Below, piece by piece: positions 29,457-38,316 of a stretch of 64,000 nt of DNA. How positions within the stretch are numbered: the stretch's first letter is position 1; every line of letters starts with the position of its first letter. The stretch lies in contig CALSSD010000003.1 in assembly GCA_943788915.1 (NCBI GenBank), positions 384,663-448,662 on the forward strand, written 5' to 3'. This stretch comes from an uncultured Acidimicrobiales bacterium. Its GTDB lineage: Bacteria; Actinomycetota; Acidimicrobiia; Acidimicrobiales; UBA10347. The position numbers were made by a program, and so were the translations under genes. The notes beneath the pieces were generated by a model. That model was not told the origin of the DNA, did no database searches, and was given only the letters and a program-made list of their open reading frames with translations.

Positions 29457-30740
29457 ATGGCCGGAGACAAGTACCACCAGGAGCGACTCGAGACTCCCCC
29501 GCCTCCTGTGGGATGCCCCATGCATGCCACATGGAGTCCTCTCAATGAGGACTACCTCGCCGAGCCATACGCGATCGCCGCTCAGTTACGCGATGAACAT
29601 CCCGTGTTCTACTCCGAGGAACTCGGGTATCTCGTGGTCACCGAGATGCGTGAGCTTGAGCGGATCTTCACCGACCACGAGACGTTCGCGTCGGTGAACG
29701 TGCAGGACCCGGTGTTCCCGTTGACCGAGGAAACCAAGGCCGTGCTGTCCGCTCCGGACTTTAACCCGGTCGCCGTCATGTCGAATCGGCCCGAACCCGA
29801 CCATGGCCGCATTCGCAAATACACCCGCCAGGGTTTCTCTAATAAGCGGATCAAGACACTCGAACCCTTCATACGTCGCCGTGGAAACCAGCTCATCGAC
29901 CAGATGTTGTCTGGCGGCTCACCCGCTGAGTTCGTCGAGGAGTTCGCCTTCCCTCTGCCCGGTGAGACGGTCTTTCGGTTCATCGGCTTCCCCGAGGAAG
30001 ACGATGAAATGCTCAAGAATTGGTGCGGCGATCGCAAAGCGTTTTCGTGGGGCAAACCCACCGCAGCGGAACAGGCCGAGATTGCTGGACAGATGTTGTC
30101 GTACTGGCGATACTGCCGCGAGTTCACTGCGGCGAGGCGTGACGATCGAAGCGACGACTTCACCAGCGAACTCATCGACGCCCACGAAGCCAACCCTGAT
30201 GACATCACGTACCGCGAGGTCGAGTCCGTTGTGTACGGCCTGTCATTCGCCGGTCACGAAGCGGTCACCGCTGCGTTCTGCAACACGTTGTTGTGTCTGT
30301 TGCCGAGACGCGATGTGTGGGCTGAGATCTGCGCCGACGCATCGCTGATCCCCAATGCCATCGAAGAGGTCATGCGGTTTAATTCGAGTCAGATCGGCTG
30401 GCGACGACTCACCACGGTCGACACCAAAGTCGGCGACTTCGACGTTCCGGCAGGCACGCCGATCTTCATGAACTTCGCCGGGGCCAACCGTCAGCCTGAC
30501 ATCTTTGACGCCCCTGACGACTTCGACATCCACCGACCCAACGCTGCCCACAACATTTCCTTTGGGAAGGGTGTGCACTATTGCCTGGGAGCCCGATTCG
30601 CAAAGTACGAGACCCAGGTCATGACCGAGATGCTGGCCGAGCGGATCCCGTCGTTACGACTGGTCGAGAACCAAGACCTGAGCTACTTTCCCAACATCAA
30701 CTTCCGTGGCCCCACCAAACTCATGGTCGCCTGGGACTGA
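29457..30740 (+). CDS. Cytochrome P450, CYP116-like heme domain without fused reductase
   Basis: GCP, PVFYS.ELGY.VVT, WGKP...EQ, WAEICAD.SLIPNA.EE, WRR, FGKGVHYCLG, PNINFRGP; I-helix AGHEAVT. Confidence 0.9.
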   Translation: MAGDKYHQERLETPPPPVGCPMHATWSPLNEDYLAEPYAIAAQLRDEHPVFYSEELGYLVVTEMRELERIFTDHETFASVNVQDPVFPLTEETKAVLSAPDFNPVAVMSNRPEPDHGRIRKYTRQGFSNKRIKTLEPFIRRRGNQLIDQMLSGGSPAEFVEEFAFPLPGETVFRFIGFPEEDDEMLKNWCGDRKAFSWGKPTAAEQAEIAGQMLSYWRYCREFTAARRDDRSDDFTSELIDAHEANPDDITYREVESVVYGLSFAGHEAVTAAFCNTLLCLLPRRDVWAEICADASLIPNAIEEVMRFNSSQIGWRRLTTVDTKVGDFDVPAGTPIFMNFAGANRQPDIFDAPDDFDIHRPNAAHNISFGKGVHYCLGARFAKYETQVMTEMLAERIPSLRLVENQDLSYFPNINFRGPTKLMVAWD

Positions 30741-30767
30741 TCTTCCACTCACGGTTTTTCCGCTCGC

Positions 30768-30804
30768 CTCCGGACCGTTCTCGTCTCCGGACCATTCTCG
30801 TCTC
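30768..30804. repeat. 17-bp tandem repeat upstream of the DUF222/HNH gene
   Basis: CTCCGGACC(G/A)TTCTCGT x2 plus CTC. Confidence 0.8.
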
Positions 30805-30861
30805 AGAGGCCGAGATATTTCCTGGATTTCTCTTTCTCATCACGTGATTTCGGGACGAGAT

Positions 30862-30889
30862 TGTCACACCCCCTCGTCATCATGGATGT
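30862..30889 (+). promoter_or_regulatory. PafBC/RecA-NDp-like promoter, leaderless
   Basis: TGTCAC-N10-CATCAT-N6-ATG, the same spacing as the mycobacterial TGTCGG-N10-TANNNT motif. Confidence 0.55.
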
Positions 30890-32234
30890 ATGGCAGCGGT
30901 ACTAAATTTCGACCGGGACGAGGGCCCGTCACGTACCGAGGCCGATGCTGCCATCGGTGTTGTGATCGATCATGTCTCGCATCTGCCGGCTCGCATTGCT
31001 GTGCCATTGTTAGCTCGGTACCGAACCCAGATCGATGCCGCCGAAGCACGGGCGCTAGCCACCGTTATCGATACCACCGGCAACACCAAGGTGGCTGAAT
31101 CGATAGCGGGTAAGGGCGGCAAGACATCTCGGGCTGCTCGTCGACGCAGCGCGAAACGCGCCAGCGCAGTCAAAACCAACAGCGCGCTCGCCGACAAGAT
31201 GAGCGACGGTGAACTGTCGGGCGAACAAGTCGATGTGTTGGCTGACGCTGCAGAGAAGACCCAAGGTGCATCACTCACCGACGAGACCCTGATCGGCGAG
31301 GTCGCTGCGGTTGATCCCGACAAAGCCAAGTCGGTGATCGACGACTTCGTCGCCAAGTCCTCGTCGTCGGGCAAAGAACAGACTCGGCACGACCGTCAGC
31401 GCCGCAAACGACGGGTCTCCCGCTTCCGCACCAAAGACGGATGCGACGCCATCATGTTCGCCGGTGACCGCGAAACCATCGACGGCATCTGGTCCAAGGT
31501 CACTCGGCAATCAAACGCCCTGTGCCACCACGACGGTGGCCGCGACCTGCCCTTTGGCCAGCACCCTCGCAGCCACGATCAGCGCATGTTCGACGCTGGT
31601 TCCAGCTACTTCGCTACCAGCTCGCCAGCTTCAAACAACACGAGTGGTCAGAAGCCTCACCCCCGATTGTGTCCCAGCATCGGAACAATCGGTGGCGCCC
31701 ACCAGGCGATACACACCCAAGATGACCACCGCTCGACCCGTCGTCGTGATTGGCCTGACGCTCGACAAGTTCCTAGGCCTCGACCACGATCAGACTGCCC
31801 ACATGATCGGCAACGGCCCCATCGCCGACTCGGTGCTCGCCCACTACCTCAGCGCCGATCCCGACATCATCGGCGCCATCTTCGACAACGATGGCCAACC
31901 GTTGTGGCTCGGCCGACAAACACGACTGGCATCCCACGGCCAAATCATCGGCCTGATTATCCGTGACAAAGGCTGCGTGTTGTGCGGGGCTCACCACAAC
32001 AAATGCCAAGCCCACCACACCATGCCGTGGACATCAGCCGGCCGAGGCAAGACCAACATCAACGAACTCGCCCTCGTCTGCGACACCTGCCACCAACGGC
32101 TTCACGACGACGAACAGACCCTGCACCAAGACCGCCACACACACGAATGGAAGCTACGCCCGGCACTTTCGCACGAGCTCCCAGCTAACCGACCGCCGCG
32201 GCCCAACAGCGGTCAGGCACCGCTCCTCAGATGA
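30890..32234 (+). CDS. DUF222 (13E12 repeat-like)/HNH endonuclease protein; +1 frameshift around 31620-31720
   Basis: Helical N-terminus, QRMFDA, PLWLGRQTRLAS..Q, RDKGCVLCG...CQAHH..PW...G.TNI.ELALVC..CH. Confidence 0.88.
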
Positions 32235-32471
32235 AACCCAGCAGTCACTAGAGCTAGACAACCATCAACGACCCTCGCTCGGTTGACGATTGCTCGCGTT
32301 TCTATCCGTCTTAGGGACTCAGAGCCGCGCCTCAGGCTCGCACCCCGGCAACGCTCAACGTCATCGGTTCTCGACAACCATCGGCCCTGCATAGGCCGTA
32401 TGACATAGGGGCTAGGCGCCGATTCATGGCGTCGGCATCGTGAGTACTCGATTTGTTCCGATGGAGATCTC

Positions 32472-33210
32472 GTGACCGTATTCCTTGGCCTGGTGGCCGC
32501 ATCACTTGTAGTCGGTATTACCGCGACCTTTCTCGTCGCCAACCGCGACGACGAGGTTGTGGGGTTCACACTTCCCCACGACCTACAAACAGCGCAGCGG
32601 GCCGCATCAATCGCTCCCCCTACCGGACCACTCGCCGGGATCGCACCGCAGCCCAAGATTCAGCAGACATTCGACGATGTCATCGCCGAGCTGGAAGCCG
32701 AGACAGCCCACACCATGTCGCTGGCGAACTTCTATCCAGGCAATCTGGGCGTAGGCACTACCTTGACCTACCGCGATGTCGACAGCGTCATCTTCGGTGT
32801 GATCAGCTTCGACTTCGACGGCGTCGTGTGGCAGGACTACCTAGCCGAACATACCGAAGGTCAATGGTGGCGGTTCGGCGTTGAGCCCGACCAGGGCATG
32901 AAGTTGGCTGCATTTGAAACCCGGCGCCTCGGTGTTGACCCTGGACCAGATGCCATCACCTACGAAGGTGACACCTACCGGGTCACCGACTCTGGCCATG
33001 CCAACTACCGCACCGCTGGACACGACCCGGCGGACGGGTCAGACCGCGCAATTCGATACCGGACGGTATGCCTACTTCGACTTCGAGGACGACGCCCGAG
33101 TCATCTTGAGCTACGAACGGTTCGACGCCGGCCCCTGGATCACATCGATCGGCCACCATGTCGATCCCCAAGCCGTGCGAGTCTCCAACTTCCTGGTCGA
33201 CCCCGCCTAA
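32472..33210 (+). CDS. Membrane-anchored DUF4178-like protein; +1 frameshift around 33015-33045
   Basis: N-terminal TM; FDGVVWQDY, WW..VE.D, ITYEG..Y...DSG.A.Y; the +1 frame gives YAYFDF...LSYERFD..PW..SIG. Confidence 0.65.
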
Positions 33211-33224
33211 GCCGCCGCTCAAAT

Positions 33225-33286
33225 AACGAACGCGTGCCTGGCACGGATGCGTTTCATAACGAACCCGTGCCTGGCACCGATTCGTT
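33225..33286. repeat. Tandem pair of REP-like palindromes (AACGAA subtype)
   Basis: AACGAACGCGTGCCTGGCACGGATGCGTT and AACGAACCCGTGCCTGGCACCGATTCGTT, between convergent genes. Confidence 0.88.
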
Positions 33287-33288
33287 GG

Positions 33289-34155
33289 TCAGATGGTGAG
33301 TCCGGCGACCAGCAGACTCTGGGGGCGAACAGTCAGCGTTGTTGGCATCGCTCCGAACATCTCGCCGTCGGCTCGTATGTCGAGAGCGGCGCCAGTGAAT
33401 TCGACCGTGCTGGCCCGATGGACCGTGACGTAACGGCTCGCTATGTGTCGTCCACTGAAGATGGTTGGCAGCAACACAGCGAAGGCGAGCCGAGGCGCAG
33501 GCCCGACTACCACGACGTCGAGTTGTCCGTTGTTCAACGCGGCATTGGGCGCAATCTGCATACCGCCGCCGAAGTACCGGGTGTTCGCCACCGCAATCAC
33601 GTTGGCCTCGATGTCGTGCTCCACCCCGTCGAGCGTCATTGACACGGGATACCTGCGAAGTTTGGGCAGCTCGACCAGCGATGCGATCGTGTATTTGACC
33701 CCGCCCTTGATCCGCTTCATGGTGTTGGCCCGGTCATTCACTGCCACGCTGAAACCTGCGGTGGCAACCGTAACCGCCACACCCACGTCGGATTCGATCA
33801 AGTCGATGGCGGTGGCAGGGCGAAGAGCAGCCCGGCACGCCTCGTTTACGTCGTCTGGCAACCCCAACGAGGTCGCCGTATCGTTGCCGGTGCCGGCGCG
33901 GATGATGCCGAGCACTGTCGACGAACCAGCGAGCGCGTTCGCCGCCTGATGCACCATGCCATCACCACCAACCACCACGATCCGTTCGGCCTCGCCTGCA
34001 AGTTCGGCCATGTGCGCTCGCGCCGACGCTGCTGAGTCTGGCCGATGTAACACCACCTCGGCGCCGAGCGTGCGGAAGGTCGCTAGTGCAGCACCCAGCC
34101 GCATCGCCGACCGGCCCGCAGCTGCGGCGGGGTTAAAAAACAGGTGAATCTTCAC
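33289..34155 (-). CDS. Diacylglycerol/lipid kinase family (YegS/Rv2252-like)
   Basis: NP, GGDG, GTGND, NTRYFGGG, ADGE. Confidence 0.93.
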   Translation of the reverse strand: MKIHLFFNPAAAAGRSAMRLGAALATFRTLGAEVVLHRPDSAASARAHMAELAGEAERIVVVGGDGMVHQAANALAGSSTVLGIIRAGTGNDTATSLGLPDDVNEACRAALRPATAIDLIESDVGVAVTVATAGFSVAVNDRANTMKRIKGGVKYTIASLVELPKLRRYPVSMTLDGVEHDIEANVIAVANTRYFGGGMQIAPNAALNNGQLDVVVVGPAPRLAFAVLLPTIFSGRHIASRYVTVHRASTVEFTGAALDIRADGEMFGAMPTTLTVRPQSLLVAGLTI

Positions 34156-34179
34156 AGGAAGGCCTTAGCGACTCGTTGA

Positions 34180-35889
34180 TTATCCTGCATGCCGAATCAA
34201 TCGTCCAGGCAGCGCACCGGTGGCCACACCATTCTGATAGATCTCCTGGCCAGCACAAATCGTGTGGAGATATCCGGTTGCCCGCTGCAACAGCCGACGC
34301 CCGCCCGCAGGAAGGTCATGATGAATCTCGGGCCGAAGCGCTTGCAGGTTCTCGAAGTCGATCACGTTGATGTCGGCCCTCAGTCCGGGGAGGAGCTGAC
34401 CTCGGTCGGTGAGACCTACCGCGGCAGCGGTGTCCTGGCAGTGCTGCTTGATCAACTGTTCAACCGGAATACGACCGTGGGAACGATCACGACCCCAATG
34501 GGTGAGCAGGGTGGTCGAGAAGCTTCCATCGCAGATCGTGCCGACATGGGCGCCGCCATCGCCAAGGCCGGGGATGGTGAATGGATGGTTCAGCATCTCT
34601 TCGACGACATCAAGGCTGCCATCGAGATAGTTCGCAAACGGAACGTACAGCAGACCTTGGCCGTCGTCGGCCAACAAGATGTCAAGCGCCATTTCTTCGG
34701 GCGTAGTGCCGGCTGCTGCAGCTCGAGCTTTGAGGCTGTCCGATGGCGCAGGTTCATAGTTCGGCGGATCGCTCAGTTCGAACATGATCTCGAACTTCGA
34801 CACCAGTTTGGCGCCGAGCACAGTACCTCGCGGTCCACCCATCTCAGCCAGGATCGCGGATCGAGTCTCGGGGTTACGCAACGCGGCAACCTTGGCAGCC
34901 ATTGACAGGTCAGCAATGCCCTTCCAAACGTGGGTTGCCATGAACGGATTTAAAGTCAGGTCAAGTCCGAGCACCAGACCAACCGGCCGAGGAGCGACTT
35001 GACCCCGCACCCGCAGCCCGGCCTCGTTCGCGGCCTCGATGTGGCCTAGGGCCATCCGATGCCATTGTGGTCGGACTGGCGTTGCAACCAGCGAAACCGA
35101 CAGCGGCCGCCCAGAACGCTCAGCCATGGCCCGCAACATGGCGAACTCGTGGTCACCGTCGAGATGATCACTCACGACCTGGAGCACACCTCGACCGGCC
35201 GCACCAACAGCTTCAGCAATACCGATCAGCTCGTCGGCCTCGGCGTTGAGCGTGGGAGTAAGCTCGCCCTTGCTTGTCCGATGGTTTGCGGTACGAGAGG
35301 TACTGAAACCCACACCGCCTGCCTCGATTCCGTGGCGAACCAGGTCCGCCATAGCGGCAATGTCCTCGGGAGTTGCTGGCTCACGGTCGGCGCCGCGTTG
35401 ACCCATGACATGAAGCCGGAGAGCCCCATGGGGGACATAGGCCCCGCAGTCGATGTCGTGAGGAACAGCTTCGACCGCGTCGAGATATTCGGCGAAGCTG
35501 TTCCAGTTCCAGGCCAGGCCTTCGTGCAACGCTGCCCCGGGGATATCTTCGACGCCTTCCATCAGTTCGATGAGCTGGTTGTGGTCTTCGTTGTTTACGG
35601 GCGCGAAACCCACACCGCAGTTACCCATGATCACCGTCGTCACGCCATGCCATGACGACGGCGCCAAATGGTTATCCCAGGTGGCCTGACCGTCGTAATG
35701 CGTGTGGATGTCAACGAACCCGGGCGTTACCAGTGCACCAGCGGCATCGATTTCTCGCGTTCCTGAGCCGTCGACCTTGCCGACCTCGACGATGGTTTCA
35801 CCGTCGATTGCCACGTCTGCGATTCGAGCAGCTGAGCCACTTCCGTCGATGACAGAACCGCCGCGAATTACCAGATCATGTGTTGCCAT
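34180..35889 (-). CDS. N-acyl-D-amino-acid deacylase family amidohydrolase
   Basis: PGFVDIHTHYD, GNCGVGFAP, DGGAH, ADINV. Confidence 0.93.
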   Translation of the reverse strand: MATHDLVIRGGSVIDGSGSAARIADVAIDGETIVEVGKVDGSGTREIDAAGALVTPGFVDIHTHYDGQATWDNHLAPSSWHGVTTVIMGNCGVGFAPVNNEDHNQLIELMEGVEDIPGAALHEGLAWNWNSFAEYLDAVEAVPHDIDCGAYVPHGALRLHVMGQRGADREPATPEDIAAMADLVRHGIEAGGVGFSTSRTANHRTSKGELTPTLNAEADELIGIAEAVGAAGRGVLQVVSDHLDGDHEFAMLRAMAERSGRPLSVSLVATPVRPQWHRMALGHIEAANEAGLRVRGQVAPRPVGLVLGLDLTLNPFMATHVWKGIADLSMAAKVAALRNPETRSAILAEMGGPRGTVLGAKLVSKFEIMFELSDPPNYEPAPSDSLKARAAAAGTTPEEMALDILLADDGQGLLYVPFANYLDGSLDVVEEMLNHPFTIPGLGDGGAHVGTICDGSFSTTLLTHWGRDRSHGRIPVEQLIKQHCQDTAAAVGLTDRGQLLPGLRADINVIDFENLQALRPEIHHDLPAGGRRLLQRATGYLHTICAGQEIYQNGVATGALPGRLIRHAG

Positions 35890-35994
35890 GTCATTACCCC
35901 CAGAGGTTCGAGCCTAGATCAGGGGCGGCAGCACCGTTCAGCCGATGTTGCATCTCTTCGACCTACCGCTGTGTGCGAAACCCAGGCCGAGGCA

Positions 35995-36608
35995 TTCGCC
36001 AATGAACCCGATCCTTCTGCACCGATCGAAGAGACCGTGCGGGCTATGCACGACATGGTCAACAAGGGCAAGGTGCGTTACATCGGTGTTTCAACTATGT
36101 CGGCGTGGTTGCTCATGAAGGCGCTGTGGAGCAGTGGCGGCTTGGACTGCACTGATTTGCGTGGGTGCAGAACTCGTATAGCTTGCTCGACACCAGCGAC
36201 GACGCCGAGGTCCTACCAGCGTGCCGTGACCAGCAGTTGGGCTACACACCGTTCAGTCCACTCGCTGGTGGGTTCCTGACCGGTACGTATCAGCTGGGCG
36301 GTGACTACCCAGCAGTGTCGCGAATGACAATGCGCCCTGAGCTGAGCCCTGGACCCATGAGCCGTATGTCGGATGATGGATGATCGAACAACCTTCGCCG
36401 CGTTGGATGAGTGCAGCCAGTCGGCCCGACAGCATGGAATTTCGATGGCGGAGCTGGCGCTTGGCTGGTTGCGGCATCATCCCGATGACACCGCTCCGGT
36501 TGTTGACCCCGCCAGCCCGAACACTTCGCACCGATCCAAGAAGCGATAGCGCTCACCCTGTCTGACGAGGAACACCTGCGCCTATCCGCACTCTTCAGCG
36601 GTATCTGA
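35995..36608 (+). pseudogene. Aldo/keto reductase pseudogene
   Basis: Fragments in several frames: PIEET..AMHDMV..GKVRYIGVS / QNSYSLL...TPFSPLAGGFLTG / SMAELALGWL; N-terminal catalytic part missing. Confidence 0.8.
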
Positions 36609-36687
36609 TCAAACCCATGAGCCAAGCGTGGGATCGCCACGACGTCGCGCTGTTGGCCCCCAAGATCCGGGTGATCAATCCGACCCG

Positions 36688-37437
36688 TTACTGCAGCTGA
36701 GTAAAGCGGCCGCCGTCGACCGGGATTGATACACCGGTTATGTAGTTCGCTTGTTCGGAACACAAAAAGGCAACAACCTGACCAAAGTCAACGGCATCGC
36801 CGATACGGCCAGTTGGCTGCATCGCAGCCAAGTCTTCGACGCTGCCGGTGTTCAGGTCGGTCACGCGCGGGGTCAGGTGCAGCCCGGGCTGCGCAGTATT
36901 GACGGTAATGCCATCGCCTACAACCTCGAGCGCCAGAGTCTTGAGCAATGATGTCAAACCAGAACGAGCGGTATTCGAAAGGATCAGGTTCGGCATCGGC
37001 GTGTGCACCGACGTCGACGTGATTGCGACGATGCGTCCCCAGTGTTGGGCCTGCATCCCTGGCACGACCTTCTTACACATAGCGGCCATCGAGACCAGGT
37101 TCATCTCCAGCGCCGCGGCGTACGCGGTGATATCGGTCTGGGCGAAGTTGCCGGGTGGCGGCCCGCCTGCATTGGTGATGAGGATGTCGATACCACCGAG
37201 CGCCTCGGCAGCTGCGTCGATGAAGGTTTCCGCTCCTTCTCGTGTCGACAGATCGCCAGCGATCGGAATCGAACCCGCGACCTTGGGCACCGCGGCTGCG
37301 AGGCGCTCCTCGGTACGGCCATTTACGACGACGGTGCAACCCGCATCAGCGAGTGCAACCGCTGTTGCCAAACCAAGCCCCGACGTAGATGCGGCGACGA
37401 CTGCGCGTTTTCCTGTGATTCCCAAGTCCATCACCAC
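36688..37437 (-). CDS. SDR family oxidoreductase
   Basis: ASTSGLG, NAGGPPPG, SNTAR, VDGG. Confidence 0.92.
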   Translation of the reverse strand: MVMDLGITGKRAVVAASTSGLGLATAVALADAGCTVVVNGRTEERLAAAVPKVAGSIPIAGDLSTREGAETFIDAAAEALGGIDILITNAGGPPPGNFAQTDITAYAAALEMNLVSMAAMCKKVVPGMQAQHWGRIVAITSTSVHTPMPNLILSNTARSGLTSLLKTLALEVVGDGITVNTAQPGLHLTPRVTDLNTGSVEDLAAMQPTGRIGDAVDFGQVVAFLCSEQANYITGVSIPVDGGRFTQLQ

Positions 37438-37505
37438 AACCTAGTGCACCACCCAGGACAGCTCTCTAGCGGCGGGGTCACCGAAGGCCGAGTAGCGTCG
37501 CCGCG

Positions 37506-38225
37506 GTGACGGGCGTCGAAATCGCAATCATCATCGGGTTGACCATGGCCGGATCGATTGTCCACGGCTCAGTTGGTATTGGACTCGGGCTTGTTGCCGC
37601 GCCCGCTCTTGTGGCCATCGACCCCGGCTTTGCCCCCGGCCCGCTGTTGCTCGCCGGTCAGATTGTCGGCATCCGTCATGTGCTTGCAGAGTTCGATGGA
37701 GCCGATATCGACGCGTGGAAACGGGGACTATTGGGGGTGCCCATTGGAGTGATCGGAGCGCTCCTGGTCCTTGAGCTGATGTCGGACAAGCTGCTGGCGA
37801 TCACGGTCGGCTCGCTCACCGCGCTCGCTGCGGCCATGTTGCTCGGCGGCTGGAACTTGGCCCGCACGCCAAGAGCCGAGACCGTGGCGGGCGCTGTATG
37901 CGCATTCTCATCGCTCACCGCTGCCTTGCCGGGACCACCACTCGTGTGTGTCTACGCCGACATGAAACCATCCACGATGCGCCCCACCGCCTCATTGCTG
38001 ATTCTGTCTGTTACCTCACTCGGCTTCTTCGCTCTTCTGGCCACCGGCAACTTTGGCTCACACGAATTCGAGTTACTCGGATGGCTCATGCCAGGCGTCA
38101 TTGCTGGCCTCATCGCAAGTAGGTGGGTGCGTCCCCATCTCGACCGCCTATGGTTCCGGCCGCTCGTCTTGGTGATCGCACTCATCGGAGGCCTGGCGTT
38201 GGTCGGCCGCCAGTTGTTCCTCTAG
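37506..38225 (+). CDS. TSUP (TauE/SafE) family transporter
   Basis: GSVGIGLGLVAAP, GPP; multiple TM helices. Confidence 0.85.
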   Translation: MTGVEIAIIIGLTMAGSIVHGSVGIGLGLVAAPALVAIDPGFAPGPLLLAGQIVGIRHVLAEFDGADIDAWKRGLLGVPIGVIGALLVLELMSDKLLAITVGSLTALAAAMLLGGWNLARTPRAETVAGAVCAFSSLTAALPGPPLVCVYADMKPSTMRPTASLLILSVTSLGFFALLATGNFGSHEFELLGWLMPGVIAGLIASRWVRPHLDRLWFRPLVLVIALIGGLALVGRQLFL

Positions 38226-38316
38226 CCCAACACCCCAGGCTGCTCTCGGAAGCTGGACACGGAATGTCCGTGAACGCCGGAAAACGTGGCACCCGCATAC
38301 ATGGCACGCTGCTGCC

